Shown here piece by piece: positions 1 to 9,579 of a stretch of 24,000 nt of DNA. Under the pieces are notes generated by a model. The model saw only the letters and a program-made list of their open reading frames with translations, was not told the DNA's origin and did not search any database. The position numbers were made by a program, and so were the translations under genes. Position 1 is the stretch's first letter. Every line of letters begins with the position of its first letter. Origin of the DNA: Nanobdellota archaeon (lineage in GTDB: Archaea > Nanobdellota > Nanobdellia > Nanobdellales > Nanobdellaceae); contig AP031373.1 in NCBI GenBank assembly GCA_042850255.1, positions 41,313-65,312 of the forward strand, read 5' to 3'.

Positions 1-398
1 TAAATCTAAATCATACCAATCCAGTGGATATATATTATTATCTATTTGAAATTTTTTAATAATAGATATATCTCCTTCTTTTTTTCCTATTAACTTACCT
101 TCTTCTTTTAATTTATCTGCAAAATTTTTTATTTTATCATAATCATCCTGATTTAAATAAACTTTTATTACTTTATATTCTTTTCCAATAAAATTTTTGT
201 TTTCTATTTCATATTTTTTTATATATTTTTCATCTTTTAATTTATTTTCTATTTCATTCAAGTATTTTTCATCTTTTAAAATTAGATAAACATAATAAGG
301 TTGATCGTATTCTATTCTTACTTTTTTTCCATTTTCATCTCTTCCATAAATATAAACTTTTTCTTTATCATGATCAAAATCTATAACAAATACTTTCA
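1..398 (-). CDS. polB: DNA polymerase family B, N-terminal part (partial, continues beyond the left window edge)
   Basis: Not in the ORF track. Minus-strand translation from the ATG at 398: MKVFVIDFDHDKEKVYIYGRDENGKKVRIEYDQPYYVYLILKDEKYLNEIEN...KKFQIDNNIYPLDWYDL. This resembles the archaeal PolB N-terminal domain (EYD.PF..Y..., ...RYLIDK.IYPL.WYEVE). Confidence 0.75.
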
Positions 399-429
399 TA
401 AAAAAATATTGTATTATATAAATTAAAAC

Positions 430-1872
430 TTATCCTTTTATAACTGCAATTGGTCTTAATCTTACAATTATTTTTGATATTCCTAAACTTTCAGTTACCT
501 TTGCAACTTCATCAACATTTTTATATGCTTCTGGAACTTCTTCTACAACCCCTTCTTTTGTTGTAGATTTTACAATTATTCCTCTTTCTTCCAAATTTTT
601 TATTACATTACTATAACTAAACTGTCTTCTAGCTGCAGATCTTGATAAATTTCTTCCAGCACCATGTGCAGATGAACCAAAAGATAATTCCATTGATCCT
701 GGTAATCCTAATAAAATATATGATGCAGTACCCATGGAACCTGGTATTAATACTGGTTGTCCTATTTTCTTATATTCTTCTACTAATTCCTCAGATCCTG
801 CAGGAAATGCTCTGGTAGCACCTTTTCTATGTACTATTAATTTTTTGGTTTTTCCATCAACTTTATGTTCTTCTATTTTTGCAATATTATGAGCAACATC
901 ATATACAACATTTAAACCAATATCTTCTGCAGGATGATTAAATACTTTTTCAAAAGATTTCCTTATCCAATATGTAATTATTTGTCTATTGTTCCATGCA
1001 AAATTTGCTGCAGCACTCATTGATTTCCAATATCTTTGTCCTTCTTCAGATTGAAATGGTAAATATACTAATTCTCTATCAGGTAATTTATTTACAATAT
1101 CTCTATATTTTTTTAATCCAATATCAATATAATCTGATGCAACTTGATGTCCAAACCCGCGAGAACCTGTATGTACAAGAATTGTAACTTGTCCTTCTTC
1201 TTCAATTCCCATAATTTTTGCAATTTCTTCATCAAATATTTTATCTACAACCTGTATTTCTAAAAAATGATTTCCAGATCCTAAAGTTCCCAATTGATCT
1301 ATCCCTCTCCTTATTGCTAAATCTGATACATATTCTATCGAAGCATCTTTTAATCTACCATATGATTCTACATAATACAAATCTTCTTTCCATGCATATC
1401 CTTCTCTATAACTCCAATCTAATCCTTCTTCTACAGCATCTTTAAATTGTCCTGGAGATAATAAAATTTTTCCAGTTTCCCCAACTCCAGCTGGAACATT
1501 TTTAAATATTTCATTTATAATTTCTTTTATCTTAAGTTTAATTTCGTCGTATTTTAAGTTAGTTCTCAATAATCTGACTCCACAGTTAATATCATAACCT
1601 ACCGAGCCTGGAGAAATTATACCTTCGTTTAAATCAAATGCTCCAATCCCACCTACAGGAAATCCATACCCTTCATGTCCATCTGGCATTATTACAAAAT
1701 ATTTTTGTATTCCTGGTAATGTAGTTGCATTTTTTCCTTGTATTAATGTTTTATCCTGCTTCATTTTTTCTATTAAACTATCACTAGCATAAATTCTTAC
1801 TGGTACATTCATATTATCTTCTTTTGGTATTTCGTATATATTTTCAGATATTTTCCTTAATTTTATATCCAT
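430..1872 (-). CDS. rtcB: RNA-splicing ligase RtcB
   Basis: 480 aa; MPDGHEGYGFPVGGIGAFD, SPGSVGYDINCGVRLLR, LGTLGSGNHFLEIQ, VYDVAHNIAK, HRKGATRAFP and FGSSAHGAGRNLSR motifs. Confidence 0.97.
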   Translation of the reverse strand: MDIKLRKISENIYEIPKEDNMNVPVRIYASDSLIEKMKQDKTLIQGKNATTLPGIQKYFVIMPDGHEGYGFPVGGIGAFDLNEGIISPGSVGYDINCGVRLLRTNLKYDEIKLKIKEIINEIFKNVPAGVGETGKILLSPGQFKDAVEEGLDWSYREGYAWKEDLYYVESYGRLKDASIEYVSDLAIRRGIDQLGTLGSGNHFLEIQVVDKIFDEEIAKIMGIEEEGQVTILVHTGSRGFGHQVASDYIDIGLKKYRDIVNKLPDRELVYLPFQSEEGQRYWKSMSAAANFAWNNRQIITYWIRKSFEKVFNHPAEDIGLNVVYDVAHNIAKIEEHKVDGKTKKLIVHRKGATRAFPAGSEELVEEYKKIGQPVLIPGSMGTASYILLGLPGSMELSFGSSAHGAGRNLSRSAARRQFSYSNVIKNLEERGIIVKSTTKEGVVEEVPEAYKNVDEVAKVTESLGISKIIVRLRPIAVIKG

Positions 1873-1887
1873 AAATAATAATTTTAA

Positions 1888-3051
1888 TTAACTCTTTAAA
1901 GCATAATTAAAGAAAAATGTAGATATACTTAATATTAAGAAAGATAAAATTAAACCATAAGAAACTGGAACAATATATAATAACAAAGATCCTATTGCTC
2001 CTCCTATATCTCTAAAAAAATAAATATTACCAAATTTCTGTGGAAAATTATTTATAATATAATTATCAAAGAAGTATTGAAACATAGTCCATGAAAAAGC
2101 AGCTAAAATAAATAGAATTAATAGTATTATAGCATTAATTATTTGATTATGAATATATATTAATATGGTTATAAATAATATAATTCCTATTAAAAATCTA
2201 GATACTATACCTATTTTAATATTTCTAAAACTGATATTTCTTTTATATAATTTATATAATATTGATGTATATATTCCATTAATAAATAATAAAAATGGAT
2301 AAATAAATGATAAAGAAAATTTATCTACAGAATATACTAAAGAAGACCAAACTAAACTAAAACCTATTAAAACAAAAAGATTATAAATTTCTAAATACCC
2401 TATTCTTAACTTTTTAATATTTATAGGGAAAACTAATCCTTCAAATAATGGATATAAAGATCCAAAGTTATTTATATTACTTTCTGCTATAGAAAATATT
2501 TTATCTATATTTTCTAATAGATTTAATTGATATTTATCAGTAAATAAAAATAAGTATAAATTTCTAGATAGAACAATTATTATTGAAATGAGAAATAGAA
2601 ATGCTACAAGATATAAATTATACATAATGGATAATATTAAAGAAGATATTTGTGGTATAACAGATCCAATAGTCCAGTATATATTAAAATAAAAATTCAA
2701 TTTTACGTCTTTATAATATAATAAAAAAGAAAAATATGTAGAATAATATGTAAAATTAAATAAAAAATAGGAAATTATAAATATTAGTTCATTAGGAAAA
2801 ATTAATAATAATGTTGATAAAAGAGGTCCTATTATTCCAATAGACCCTATAGGAATATAGTTTTTTTCATTTATTTTTAGATTACCAAATATTACTGAAC
2901 TTAATAATGATCCTATATATGATATAGCAACCAAAGAAAAATATATAGAAGATGGGAAATTAAAATATGACGGATAAATAAAATATAAACTATTTAAGAT
3001 TCCCCCAAATAAATTATTACCTATTAATAAAGTCTTTTCTTTATAGTTCAC
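1888..3051 (-). CDS. Polytopic membrane protein, possibly MFS-like transporter
   Basis: 387 aa ORF with about 10-12 hydrophobic segments. Overlaps the upstream ORF by 4 nt (operon-like). Confidence 0.6.
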   Translation of the reverse strand: MNYKEKTLLIGNNLFGGILNSLYFIYPSYFNFPSSIYFSLVAISYIGSLLSSVIFGNLKINEKNYIPIGSIGIIGPLLSTLLLIFPNELIFIISYFLFNFTYYSTYFSFLLYYKDVKLNFYFNIYWTIGSVIPQISSLILSIMYNLYLVAFLFLISIIIVLSRNLYLFLFTDKYQLNLLENIDKIFSIAESNINNFGSLYPLFEGLVFPINIKKLRIGYLEIYNLFVLIGFSLVWSSLVYSVDKFSLSFIYPFLLFINGIYTSILYKLYKRNISFRNIKIGIVSRFLIGIILFITILIYIHNQIINAIILLILFILAAFSWTMFQYFFDNYIINNFPQKFGNIYFFRDIGGAIGSLLLYIVPVSYGLILSFLILSISTFFFNYALKS

Positions 3052-3668
3052 TTTATTATCTCTCTAATTTTCTTTTTTATTATATCAGCCAGAGCTATTC
3101 CTATAGCAACTGATATAGAAATAACTATACCAGCAAATAATATTACAAATAAATACAATAATACAGGAGATAATAGATTTAAATAACTTAATATAAGTAC
3201 TAGAACAAAAAACATTATTATAAATTTAAGGAAATACAATAAATAGTCTTTATATTTATTATTTTCTAAAACTTGCTCTATAGAGGATTTAATTAGTATT
3301 TCCATCATTGCATAAGATATTATCATTAATAATATAATAGCTAACAAATAATTTAATATATTAAATATCGTAGTACCGATGAAAGATGTATATGGAATAA
3401 TATAAAATGCATACCCTATAAAATAAAAATAGATGAAAAATTTCACTATGTTTATTATTATAGATGTTAAAGATTTGTTAATTAATATTCCTTTTTCATG
3501 CAACCAATTATCTAAACCTAATATTTTATTTAATACAATCTTTAATAAAAAAGCAACTAATTTTCCAATAAAGTATCCTAAAACAATTATAGCAACAAAT
3601 ATTAAGAATAATTCCAATGTATTATAAGAGAATATCTGAGTTATTATGGTAGATAAGGAATCAACCAT
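3048..3668 (-). CDS. Membrane protein with MscS/CmpX-like conserved TM helices
   Basis: 206 aa; several TM helices; C-terminal ILFAGIVISISVAIGIALADIIKKKIREI resembles conserved-TM-helix proteins. Confidence 0.5.
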   Translation of the reverse strand: MVDSLSTIITQIFSYNTLELFLIFVAIIVLGYFIGKLVAFLLKIVLNKILGLDNWLHEKGILINKSLTSIIINIVKFFIYFYFIGYAFYIIPYTSFIGTTIFNILNYLLAIILLMIISYAMMEILIKSSIEQVLENNKYKDYLLYFLKFIIMFFVLVLILSYLNLLSPVLLYLFVILFAGIVISISVAIGIALADIIKKKIREIIK

Positions 3669-3702
3669 ACAAAGATATAAACTTTAGTTATTTATAAGAC
3701 TA

Positions 3703-3772
3703 GCCCCGCGGGGATTCGAACCCCGGTCACAGGGACCAAAACCCTGCATCCTAGACCACTAGACGACGGGGC
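3703..3772 (-). tRNA. tRNA-Gln (anticodon TTG)
   Basis: Reverse complement GCCCCGT...CAGGG-TTTTGGT-CCCTG...CGGGG-TTCGAAT-CCCCG-GCGGGGC. 7-bp acceptor stem, 5-bp anticodon and T stems. CCA not encoded. Confidence 0.95.
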
Positions 3773-3892
3773 TATTTATATATTTTATAGTTCGGAAATG
3801 TTTTTATATAATTTTTCACTTTAGTTTTAACACCTAATTTAACAATCAATTTACTTATATGTTTATATAGTATATATACATTATGTAAATAT

Positions 3893-4102
3893 ATGGTAAA
3901 GACAATAACAATTAGAGATGATGTTTATAAAAAACTATTAGAGATAAAAGGAGATAAAAGCTTTAGCGAAATAATATTGGAATTAATAGAAAAAAAGAGT
4001 AATATAAAGATATTTAAAGATATATTAAAAAATTCAAAAATATTAGATGAAATAGAAAAAGAGATTATTGAATATAGAAAAAATATAAAATCTAAAATAT
4101 AA
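3893..4102 (+). CDS. vapB: VapB-type antitoxin (ribbon-helix-helix-like)
   Basis: 69 aa [36 protein letters not shown]..., typical archaeal VapB N-terminus, followed directly by PIN-domain remnants. Confidence 0.8.
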   Translation: MVKTITIRDDVYKKLLEIKGDKSFSEIILELIEKKSNIKIFKDILKNSKILDEIEKEIIEYRKNIKSKI

Positions 4103-4440
4103 ATTAATAGATACTTCATTAATAATAGACTATTTAAAGGGAAAAATAGATTTGCCAGACGATTATATCTTTTCTGTAATAAATTTTTATGAACTATATT
4201 GGAAAGCTTTAGAGAAAAACAGTTTTTCTTTATCTCTAGTATTACCTTTAGATATAGAATCTGTTAGAGAAACATCCAAAAATAAAAGTCAAACTAAGAA
4301 AATTGGGAAAAGAAATCAACGATTTTGATATTTTAATTACTGGAATATGTTTATCAAATGGAATAGAAGAAATATGGACAAAAGACAAAGATTTTAAGGA
4401 AATAGAAAATATAACAGATATAAAAGTTCAAATATTTTGA
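4101..4440 (+). pseudogene. vapC: Degraded VapC (PIN-domain toxin)
   Basis: Frame A (from 4089, stop at 4326-4328): ...[40 protein letters not shown]. Frame B (stop at 4438-4440): LRKLGKEINDFDILITGICLSNGIEEIWTKDKDFKEIENITDIKVQIF. Together they cover a PIN fold, but there is a frameshift and no ATG/GTG/TTG start. Confidence 0.8.
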
Positions 4441-4533
4441 TTTTCGTTTTCCTTTTTTAATACTTTATATTAATAAATACTTTAAATTATATTTATGTTA
4501 ATTAACATGACATGATTTTAAATTTTTAACTTT

Positions 4534-5571
4534 ATGTTAAACATAAATATTATGCAGGAGATGAAAGATATGTTAAATTTTTTTGGACTCAAGGATAATC
4601 CATTTAAATTAGAAGTAATATTAGAAACATTTGTAGGTTATAATTTAGAAAGAGAAAAGTTACTTAATTCTATAAATAATAAAGAAAAAATAATTTTGGT
4701 TTCTGGTCCTACGGGGGCTGGAAAAACTACTTTACTATTATGGACGTTTAATAATTTAAAAATAAAAAATAAAATGTATATTTATAAATCTTTTAAAGAT
4801 AAGGGAGAATTTGAAGAGTATATAAAAAGTAATTTATCATTTTTTGAAAAATTTATATATAAATTTAAATCTTTTAATATGATAGATTATCTAAATAGGA
4901 AAAATATGGTAATATTTATAGATGAAGCTACATTTTTCAGTGATGAAATATTAGAATGGATAAAAATATTATCAGACCAAACTAGATCAATATTTATTTT
5001 AGCAGGTTTGCCCGAATTAGAAGAAAGATTATTAAAAGAACATAGAACATTATATGAAAGAATATTATCTAAAATATATTTAAAATCATTAGATCCTGAA
5101 AATGGTAAATTATTAGTTAAAAAAAGATTAGAATTGGCAGGAAATCTTAATTTATTTACTGATGATGCTATAGAAGAAATATATCATATATCAGGGGGTT
5201 TGCCTAGAGAAATACTAAAATACTCATATGAAGCTTTATTAATAGCATATAGAGAAAAGAAAAATACAATTGATAAGGAAATAATAGAAAAAATTTATGA
5301 ATCTAAAAAACCACCTACAGACTTATTAAAATTAACTGAAAAACAAAGGTTTGTAATAGAATTAATAACAAAATATGGACCAAAGGGTGTTAATGAATTA
5401 TTAAAATTATTTAAAGATAGATATCCAGATACCACAATTCATGCTTTATCAAATATATTAAAAAGAATGGTAGAATCAAAATATCTAGTAAGAACAAAAG
5501 TTAAAGGAAAATTTATATACGATGTTGTCCCGGCAATAAGAGATTACTTTATAAGAGAAATAAACAAATGA
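4534..5571 (+). CDS. AAA ATPase, ExeA/Orc1-Cdc6-like with C-terminal winged-helix-like region
   Basis: FFGLKDNPFKLE N-terminus, Walker A SGPTGAGKTT, Walker B MVIFIDEA, ISGGLPREILKY sensor-2-like motif, C-terminal LTEKQRFVIELITKYGPKGVNELLKLF. Confidence 0.75.
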   Translation: MLNINIMQEMKDMLNFFGLKDNPFKLEVILETFVGYNLEREKLLNSINNKEKIILVSGPTGAGKTTLLLWTFNNLKIKNKMYIYKSFKDKGEFEEYIKSNLSFFEKFIYKFKSFNMIDYLNRKNMVIFIDEATFFSDEILEWIKILSDQTRSIFILAGLPELEERLLKEHRTLYERILSKIYLKSLDPENGKLLVKKRLELAGNLNLFTDDAIEEIYHISGGLPREILKYSYEALLIAYREKKNTIDKEIIEKIYESKKPPTDLLKLTEKQRFVIELITKYGPKGVNELLKLFKDRYPDTTIHALSNILKRMVESKYLVRTKVKGKFIYDVVPAIRDYFIREINK

Positions 5572-6488
5572 AATGTTCTTTCTGTAATAATAATGCAATA
5601 TATAAAGATTCTGAAAATAATTATTATTGCAAAGATCATTTTATAAAATATTTCGAAGAGAAAACAATAAAAACAATTGAAAGATTTAAACTAATAAAAC
5701 CTGGAGAGAGAATTGGGGTAGGAGTATCTGGAGGAAAAGATTCAAATGCTCTATTATATTTTTTAAATAAATATAAAGAATATTTTGGTATTGAAGTAAT
5801 AGGAATACACATTGATGAAGGTATTAGCGGTTATAGAGATAAAGATACTAAAAAATTATTGGAACTAGCAGAAAAATATAAATGGAACATAAAAATATAT
5901 AGATTTATAGATTATTTCAATATAAGATTAGAAAATGCATTAAAAATTAATAAAGAATTTAGATCATGTACAATCTGTGGTGTTTGGAGAAGATGGTTAA
6001 TGTGGAAAGCAGCAAAAGATTTAAATATTGATAAGTTTGCAACAGCGCATAATTTAAATGACGAAGTACAGACTATAATAATGAATATGTTTGAAGGAAA
6101 TCTAAAGGATCTACTAAAAGAAGGACCATATGTTGGAATAATAGAAGAAGACTTTATACCTAGAATAAAACCTTTTTATTTTAATAAAGAAAAAGAAAAT
6201 TTATTATATTCTGTAATAAATAATTTAGAACCCCCATATGGAGAATGTCCATTCATTGTAGGACAATTTAGAGATATTGTTAGATCTAAATTATATGAAT
6301 TAGAAGACAAATATAATAGATTCCATGAAAATTTTTTAAACAATTTTATAGAAACTTTAATAAAGGCAAAAAATGATTATAAAAAGATGAATTCTATAAA
6401 ATTAAGAAAATGTAAGATATGTGGATATCCAACAACTAGAGAAATTTGTAGGGCCTGTGAAATAAAATTGAAAATAAAAAATGGATAA
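5568..6488 (+). CDS. ttuA: tRNA 2-thiolation protein, TtuA/Ncs6 (CTU1) family
   Basis: N-terminal CxxC...CxxH zinc motif (CSFCNN..YYCKDH), PP-loop GVGVSGGKDSNAL, SCTICGVWRRW, C-terminal CKICGYPTTREICRAC. Confidence 0.85.
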   Translation: MKCSFCNNNAIYKDSENNYYCKDHFIKYFEEKTIKTIERFKLIKPGERIGVGVSGGKDSNALLYFLNKYKEYFGIEVIGIHIDEGISGYRDKDTKKLLELAEKYKWNIKIYRFIDYFNIRLENALKINKEFRSCTICGVWRRWLMWKAAKDLNIDKFATAHNLNDEVQTIIMNMFEGNLKDLLKEGPYVGIIEEDFIPRIKPFYFNKEKENLLYSVINNLEPPYGECPFIVGQFRDIVRSKLYELEDKYNRFHENFLNNFIETLIKAKNDYKKMNSIKLRKCKICGYPTTREICRACEIKLKIKNG

Positions 6489-6912
6489 AAAAATAGATAT
6501 AATAAAAGAAATTTTAATTATATTTTTATCTTTATTTATATTGGAAACTTTATTAGATTTAATAGCATTTATAGTTTATCCATCTATATTTCCAAATTAT
6601 ATAAATAATTATGTAATATTATTTTTATCTATAATTTTAATAATTTCGATTGTTTCTGCATATTTAATTAATAATAATAACATTTATGGATATACTATAT
6701 CATTCATTATATCTATATTAATACTATTTTCCGCATTTACATTAAATTCTTATAATATAATAGATATAGCTGTAAGAAATGTAGCATCCAATTATGGAAT
6801 ATTTCCAAACCCAATAATATTATTTTGGGGTATTATTATATTCTCCATTAGTTTAAAAAGAATAATTTATCTAGTTAACCATTCATCTTTAAAGAATGTA
6901 AATAAAGAATAG
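6481..6912 (+). CDS. Small membrane protein, unknown
   Basis: 143 aa with about 4 TM segments; overlaps the upstream gene by 8 nt. Confidence 0.5.
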   Translation: MDKKIDIIKEILIIFLSLFILETLLDLIAFIVYPSIFPNYINNYVILFLSIILIISIVSAYLINNNNIYGYTISFIISILILFSAFTLNSYNIIDIAVRNVASNYGIFPNPIILFWGIIIFSISLKRIIYLVNHSSLKNVNKE

Positions 6913-8120
6913 AAAACAATTATTGGAAATAAAAATGATAAAATAAAGTAATAAAATATAGAATTTTTATTGTTGCTGAACTTTTTATATTCTGCATATA
7001 TTATAAAGATGTAAAAAGATAAAACCAAATATTTAATAATTATATTAAATAAATGCAGGATTGTATGAAATGGTATAGTAGTATAATATCTAGTTATCAG
7101 ATGATGTAAAAATATAAAATCAGCGAGAGATTTTCTTACAATAAAATAATATAAAAAGTTGTAAATATTGTAATACTTTATAAACAAAATTAGAGATAAA
7201 GAATTATATAATATATAAATATATATAAATATTGGAACTAAATAAGACAATATATAAAGAAAATAGAATATATCTCTACTTAATATATATTTTTCTTTTA
7301 TATTCACCAAAATTGAATATACAAAAGCTCTTGTATATCTAATATTTTTCTTTATTAATTCTTCAAAATTATTTATACCTTTGGTCATAACGTAATAATG
7401 ATCTATATAAAATATCTTTTTTCCATTATTAATTAAGATAGAAGATAATATTTGATCATCCCCTATTCTTTTATTAGAATGTTTTTCTACTAATTCATTA
7501 TATGCTTCATATATATCATTAAATTTTCCCATAATACATTCTCCATTTAAAGATAATTGATTCCCATTTCCAGAAAATCCTTTAAGAGTATAGATATATA
7601 TTCCCTTATTCAATTTGAACACATCATTCCATATACTATTTCCATAAAGAAATATATTAAATGAGACTGCAGAAAAATTATATTTTTCTAAATAATATAC
7701 ACCAATCTTAATATTCTTTTCGATTAGAAATGTATCACTATCTAATAATATAACATATTTTGGATTAAAATTTTTTATATAATTTAATCCTTTCCATATA
7801 GCTTTTTTCTTATTTTTTTCTTCTATGTATAAATATTTTACATTATTCTTTTCTAATATTTCCTTATATTTTTCGGAACTTCCATTGAGTACATAAATAA
7901 TGTTATATTTTCTATGAAAATTTATATGAGATTTTAAAATTTCTATATCTTCATTATATACTGGAACTATTATGTAGAAATCGTCTTTTTTTATTTTTAT
8001 ATTTATATCCCTATCTTTATACTTTAAATCATATCTTATAATCCCAATAAGGATATAGAAGAAATATATTAAAGTTATAAAAAGGACAAAATATGAAACT
8101 ATAAATAAAAAATTCATCAA
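6867..8120 (-). CDS. Membrane glycosyltransferase, GT2-like
   Basis: N-terminal TM, FYIIVPVYNE, YVILLDSDTFL, RIGDDQIL, then C-terminal TM segments. Confidence 0.8.
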   Translation of the reverse strand: MMNFLFIVSYFVLFITLIYFFYILIGIIRYDLKYKDRDINIKIKKDDFYIIVPVYNEDIEILKSHINFHRKYNIIYVLNGSSEKYKEILEKNNVKYLYIEEKNKKKAIWKGLNYIKNFNPKYVILLDSDTFLIEKNIKIGVYYLEKYNFSAVSFNIFLYGNSIWNDVFKLNKGIYIYTLKGFSGNGNQLSLNGECIMGKFNDIYEAYNELVEKHSNKRIGDDQILSSILINNGKKIFYIDHYYVMTKGINNFEELIKKNIRYTRAFVYSILVNIKEKYILSRDIFYFLYILSYLVPIFIYIYILYNSLSLILFIKYYNIYNFLYYFIVRKSLADFIFLHHLITRYYTTIPFHTILHLFNIIIKYLVLSFYIFIIYAEYKKFSNNKNSIFYYFILSFLFPIIVFYSLFTFFKDEWLTR

Positions 8121-8314
8121 ATCTTCTTTAACTTTGCAATTGTTTCTATTTGTTGCACATGTCCTAAAAATACTTGTCTACAACAAACTCTTTCTAATCC
8201 TAATTCATCCAAAGCCTCTTTTGGAGATTTACCCTGATTTAATAAATCATTATATTTTTCCCATAAATGACCTATAGGTTTTCCACAAGTAAAACATCTA
8301 ATTGGTATAATCAT
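8117..8314 (-). CDS. rpoN: DNA-directed RNA polymerase subunit N (Rpb10)
   Basis: MIIPIRCFTCGKPIG...ALDELGLERVCCRQVFLGHV, canonical Rpb10 signature. Confidence 0.97.
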   Translation of the reverse strand: MIIPIRCFTCGKPIGHLWEKYNDLLNQGKSPKEALDELGLERVCCRQVFLGHVQQIETIAKLKKI

Positions 8315-8346
8315 AATTAATTTATTTTTTACTTATTTTTATAAAT

Positions 8347-9549
8347 TTAAGCATTTGCTATTATTTGTATAACATCCCTATTCTTTAATATATAATCTCT
8401 TCCCAAGAATTTTTTTGTTCTTACATCTATTGCTTTAACAAAATTTTTTGCTAAATCAGAATGAATTTTATTTGCAAAATCTATTACTGTACTTCCAGGA
8501 GGTAATAGAAAACAATCTGGCAATATTCTACCTTCTTTATCTGCCAAAGAATCAACCCCACCAGGAAATACTGCAACATATTTTAATACATCAAATACTG
8601 TTATATCTAATAAATTTTGTACTCCAGTACTTCCAAATTCTTTAAATATATTATTCTCTATAAAATCCAATGCTTTCTTTTCTTTTTCATTTAATTCTCC
8701 TTTTATTTCAAAACTTCCTTCTCCAGGTATATAAAATATTTTACCCTGTTTATCTAATTCTTTTAATATTAATTCTGCATAACCTGATGTAGGTATAATA
8801 ATCTTATCTGGAAAGACTTCCTTTAATTTTTTTAAATTTCTTTTTGCAATATCTATATTTATATCAATTCTATTTGCAGCAATAACAATTGGTTTTGATA
8901 TTTTTCTTATCGTAGAAGATAATTCAAATAATTTTTTATCATCATTTATTATATCATAATCTTCACTACTTATATTTAATTCTCTAAATGCTTTTTCAAC
9001 ATGATATTCTTTTACATTCAATCCAGAAATTAATTTTGCTAGTTCTTTATCTAATTCTAAATGTTCTACTTTTATTTTTCTTATATTTTTTTCTAAATTT
9101 TTCTTTATTATATTAAAAAACCACCAGTCAATTTCATCTTCATACCACTTTATATCATTAGAAGGATCATAATTCCCAGGTCCAATATATTGTCCTTCTT
9201 CATTTGTACTTCCAGAAATATCTACTACATGTATTAAAGCATCTGCTTGCCTTACATCATCTAGAAATTTATTACCTAAACCTCTACCTTCATGTGCTCC
9301 TGGTACTAAACCTGCAATATCTATTATTTCTATTGGAACAAATCTATATTTTCCTTTAATATATCCATATCTTGGATTAGATTGTACACCAAATTCTGGT
9401 CCTACATCTTCTACCCTTACATATCCTACACCTTTATTAGGATCTATTGTAGTAAAAGGATAATTTGCTATTGCAACATCTTGTAATGTTATTGCCTTAA
9501 ACATTGTAGATTTACCAACATTTGGTTTTCCTGTCAAACCTATTAACAT
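8347..9549 (-). CDS. ychF: YchF/Obg-family GTPase with C-terminal TGS-like domain
   Basis: GLTGKPNVGKSTMFKAIT, NYPFTTIDPNKG, DIAGLVPGAHEGRGLGNKFLDD, C-terminal region ending DVRTKKFLGRDYILKNRDVIQI. Confidence 0.93.
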   Translation of the reverse strand: MLIGLTGKPNVGKSTMFKAITLQDVAIANYPFTTIDPNKGVGYVRVEDVGPEFGVQSNPRYGYIKGKYRFVPIEIIDIAGLVPGAHEGRGLGNKFLDDVRQADALIHVVDISGSTNEEGQYIGPGNYDPSNDIKWYEDEIDWWFFNIIKKNLEKNIRKIKVEHLELDKELAKLISGLNVKEYHVEKAFRELNISSEDYDIINDDKKLFELSSTIRKISKPIVIAANRIDINIDIAKRNLKKLKEVFPDKIIIPTSGYAELILKELDKQGKIFYIPGEGSFEIKGELNEKEKKALDFIENNIFKEFGSTGVQNLLDITVFDVLKYVAVFPGGVDSLADKEGRILPDCFLLPPGSTVIDFANKIHSDLAKNFVKAIDVRTKKFLGRDYILKNRDVIQIIANA

Positions 9550-9579
9550 AAAAATTCTTTATTAATTTAATTTTAAAAT

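Noticed and set aside
996-1445. Plus-strand ORFs 996..1187 and 1218..1445
   Set aside because: Antisense shadows within the well-supported rtcB gene; low-complexity Leu/Ile/Gln composition.
3433-3627. Plus-strand 64-aa ORF
   Set aside because: Antisense to the membrane protein gene 3048..3668, no motif.
3925-4119. Minus-strand 64-aa ORF
   Set aside because: Antisense to vapB, low complexity.
8448-8645. Plus-strand 65-aa ORF
   Set aside because: Antisense to the YchF-family GTPase gene.
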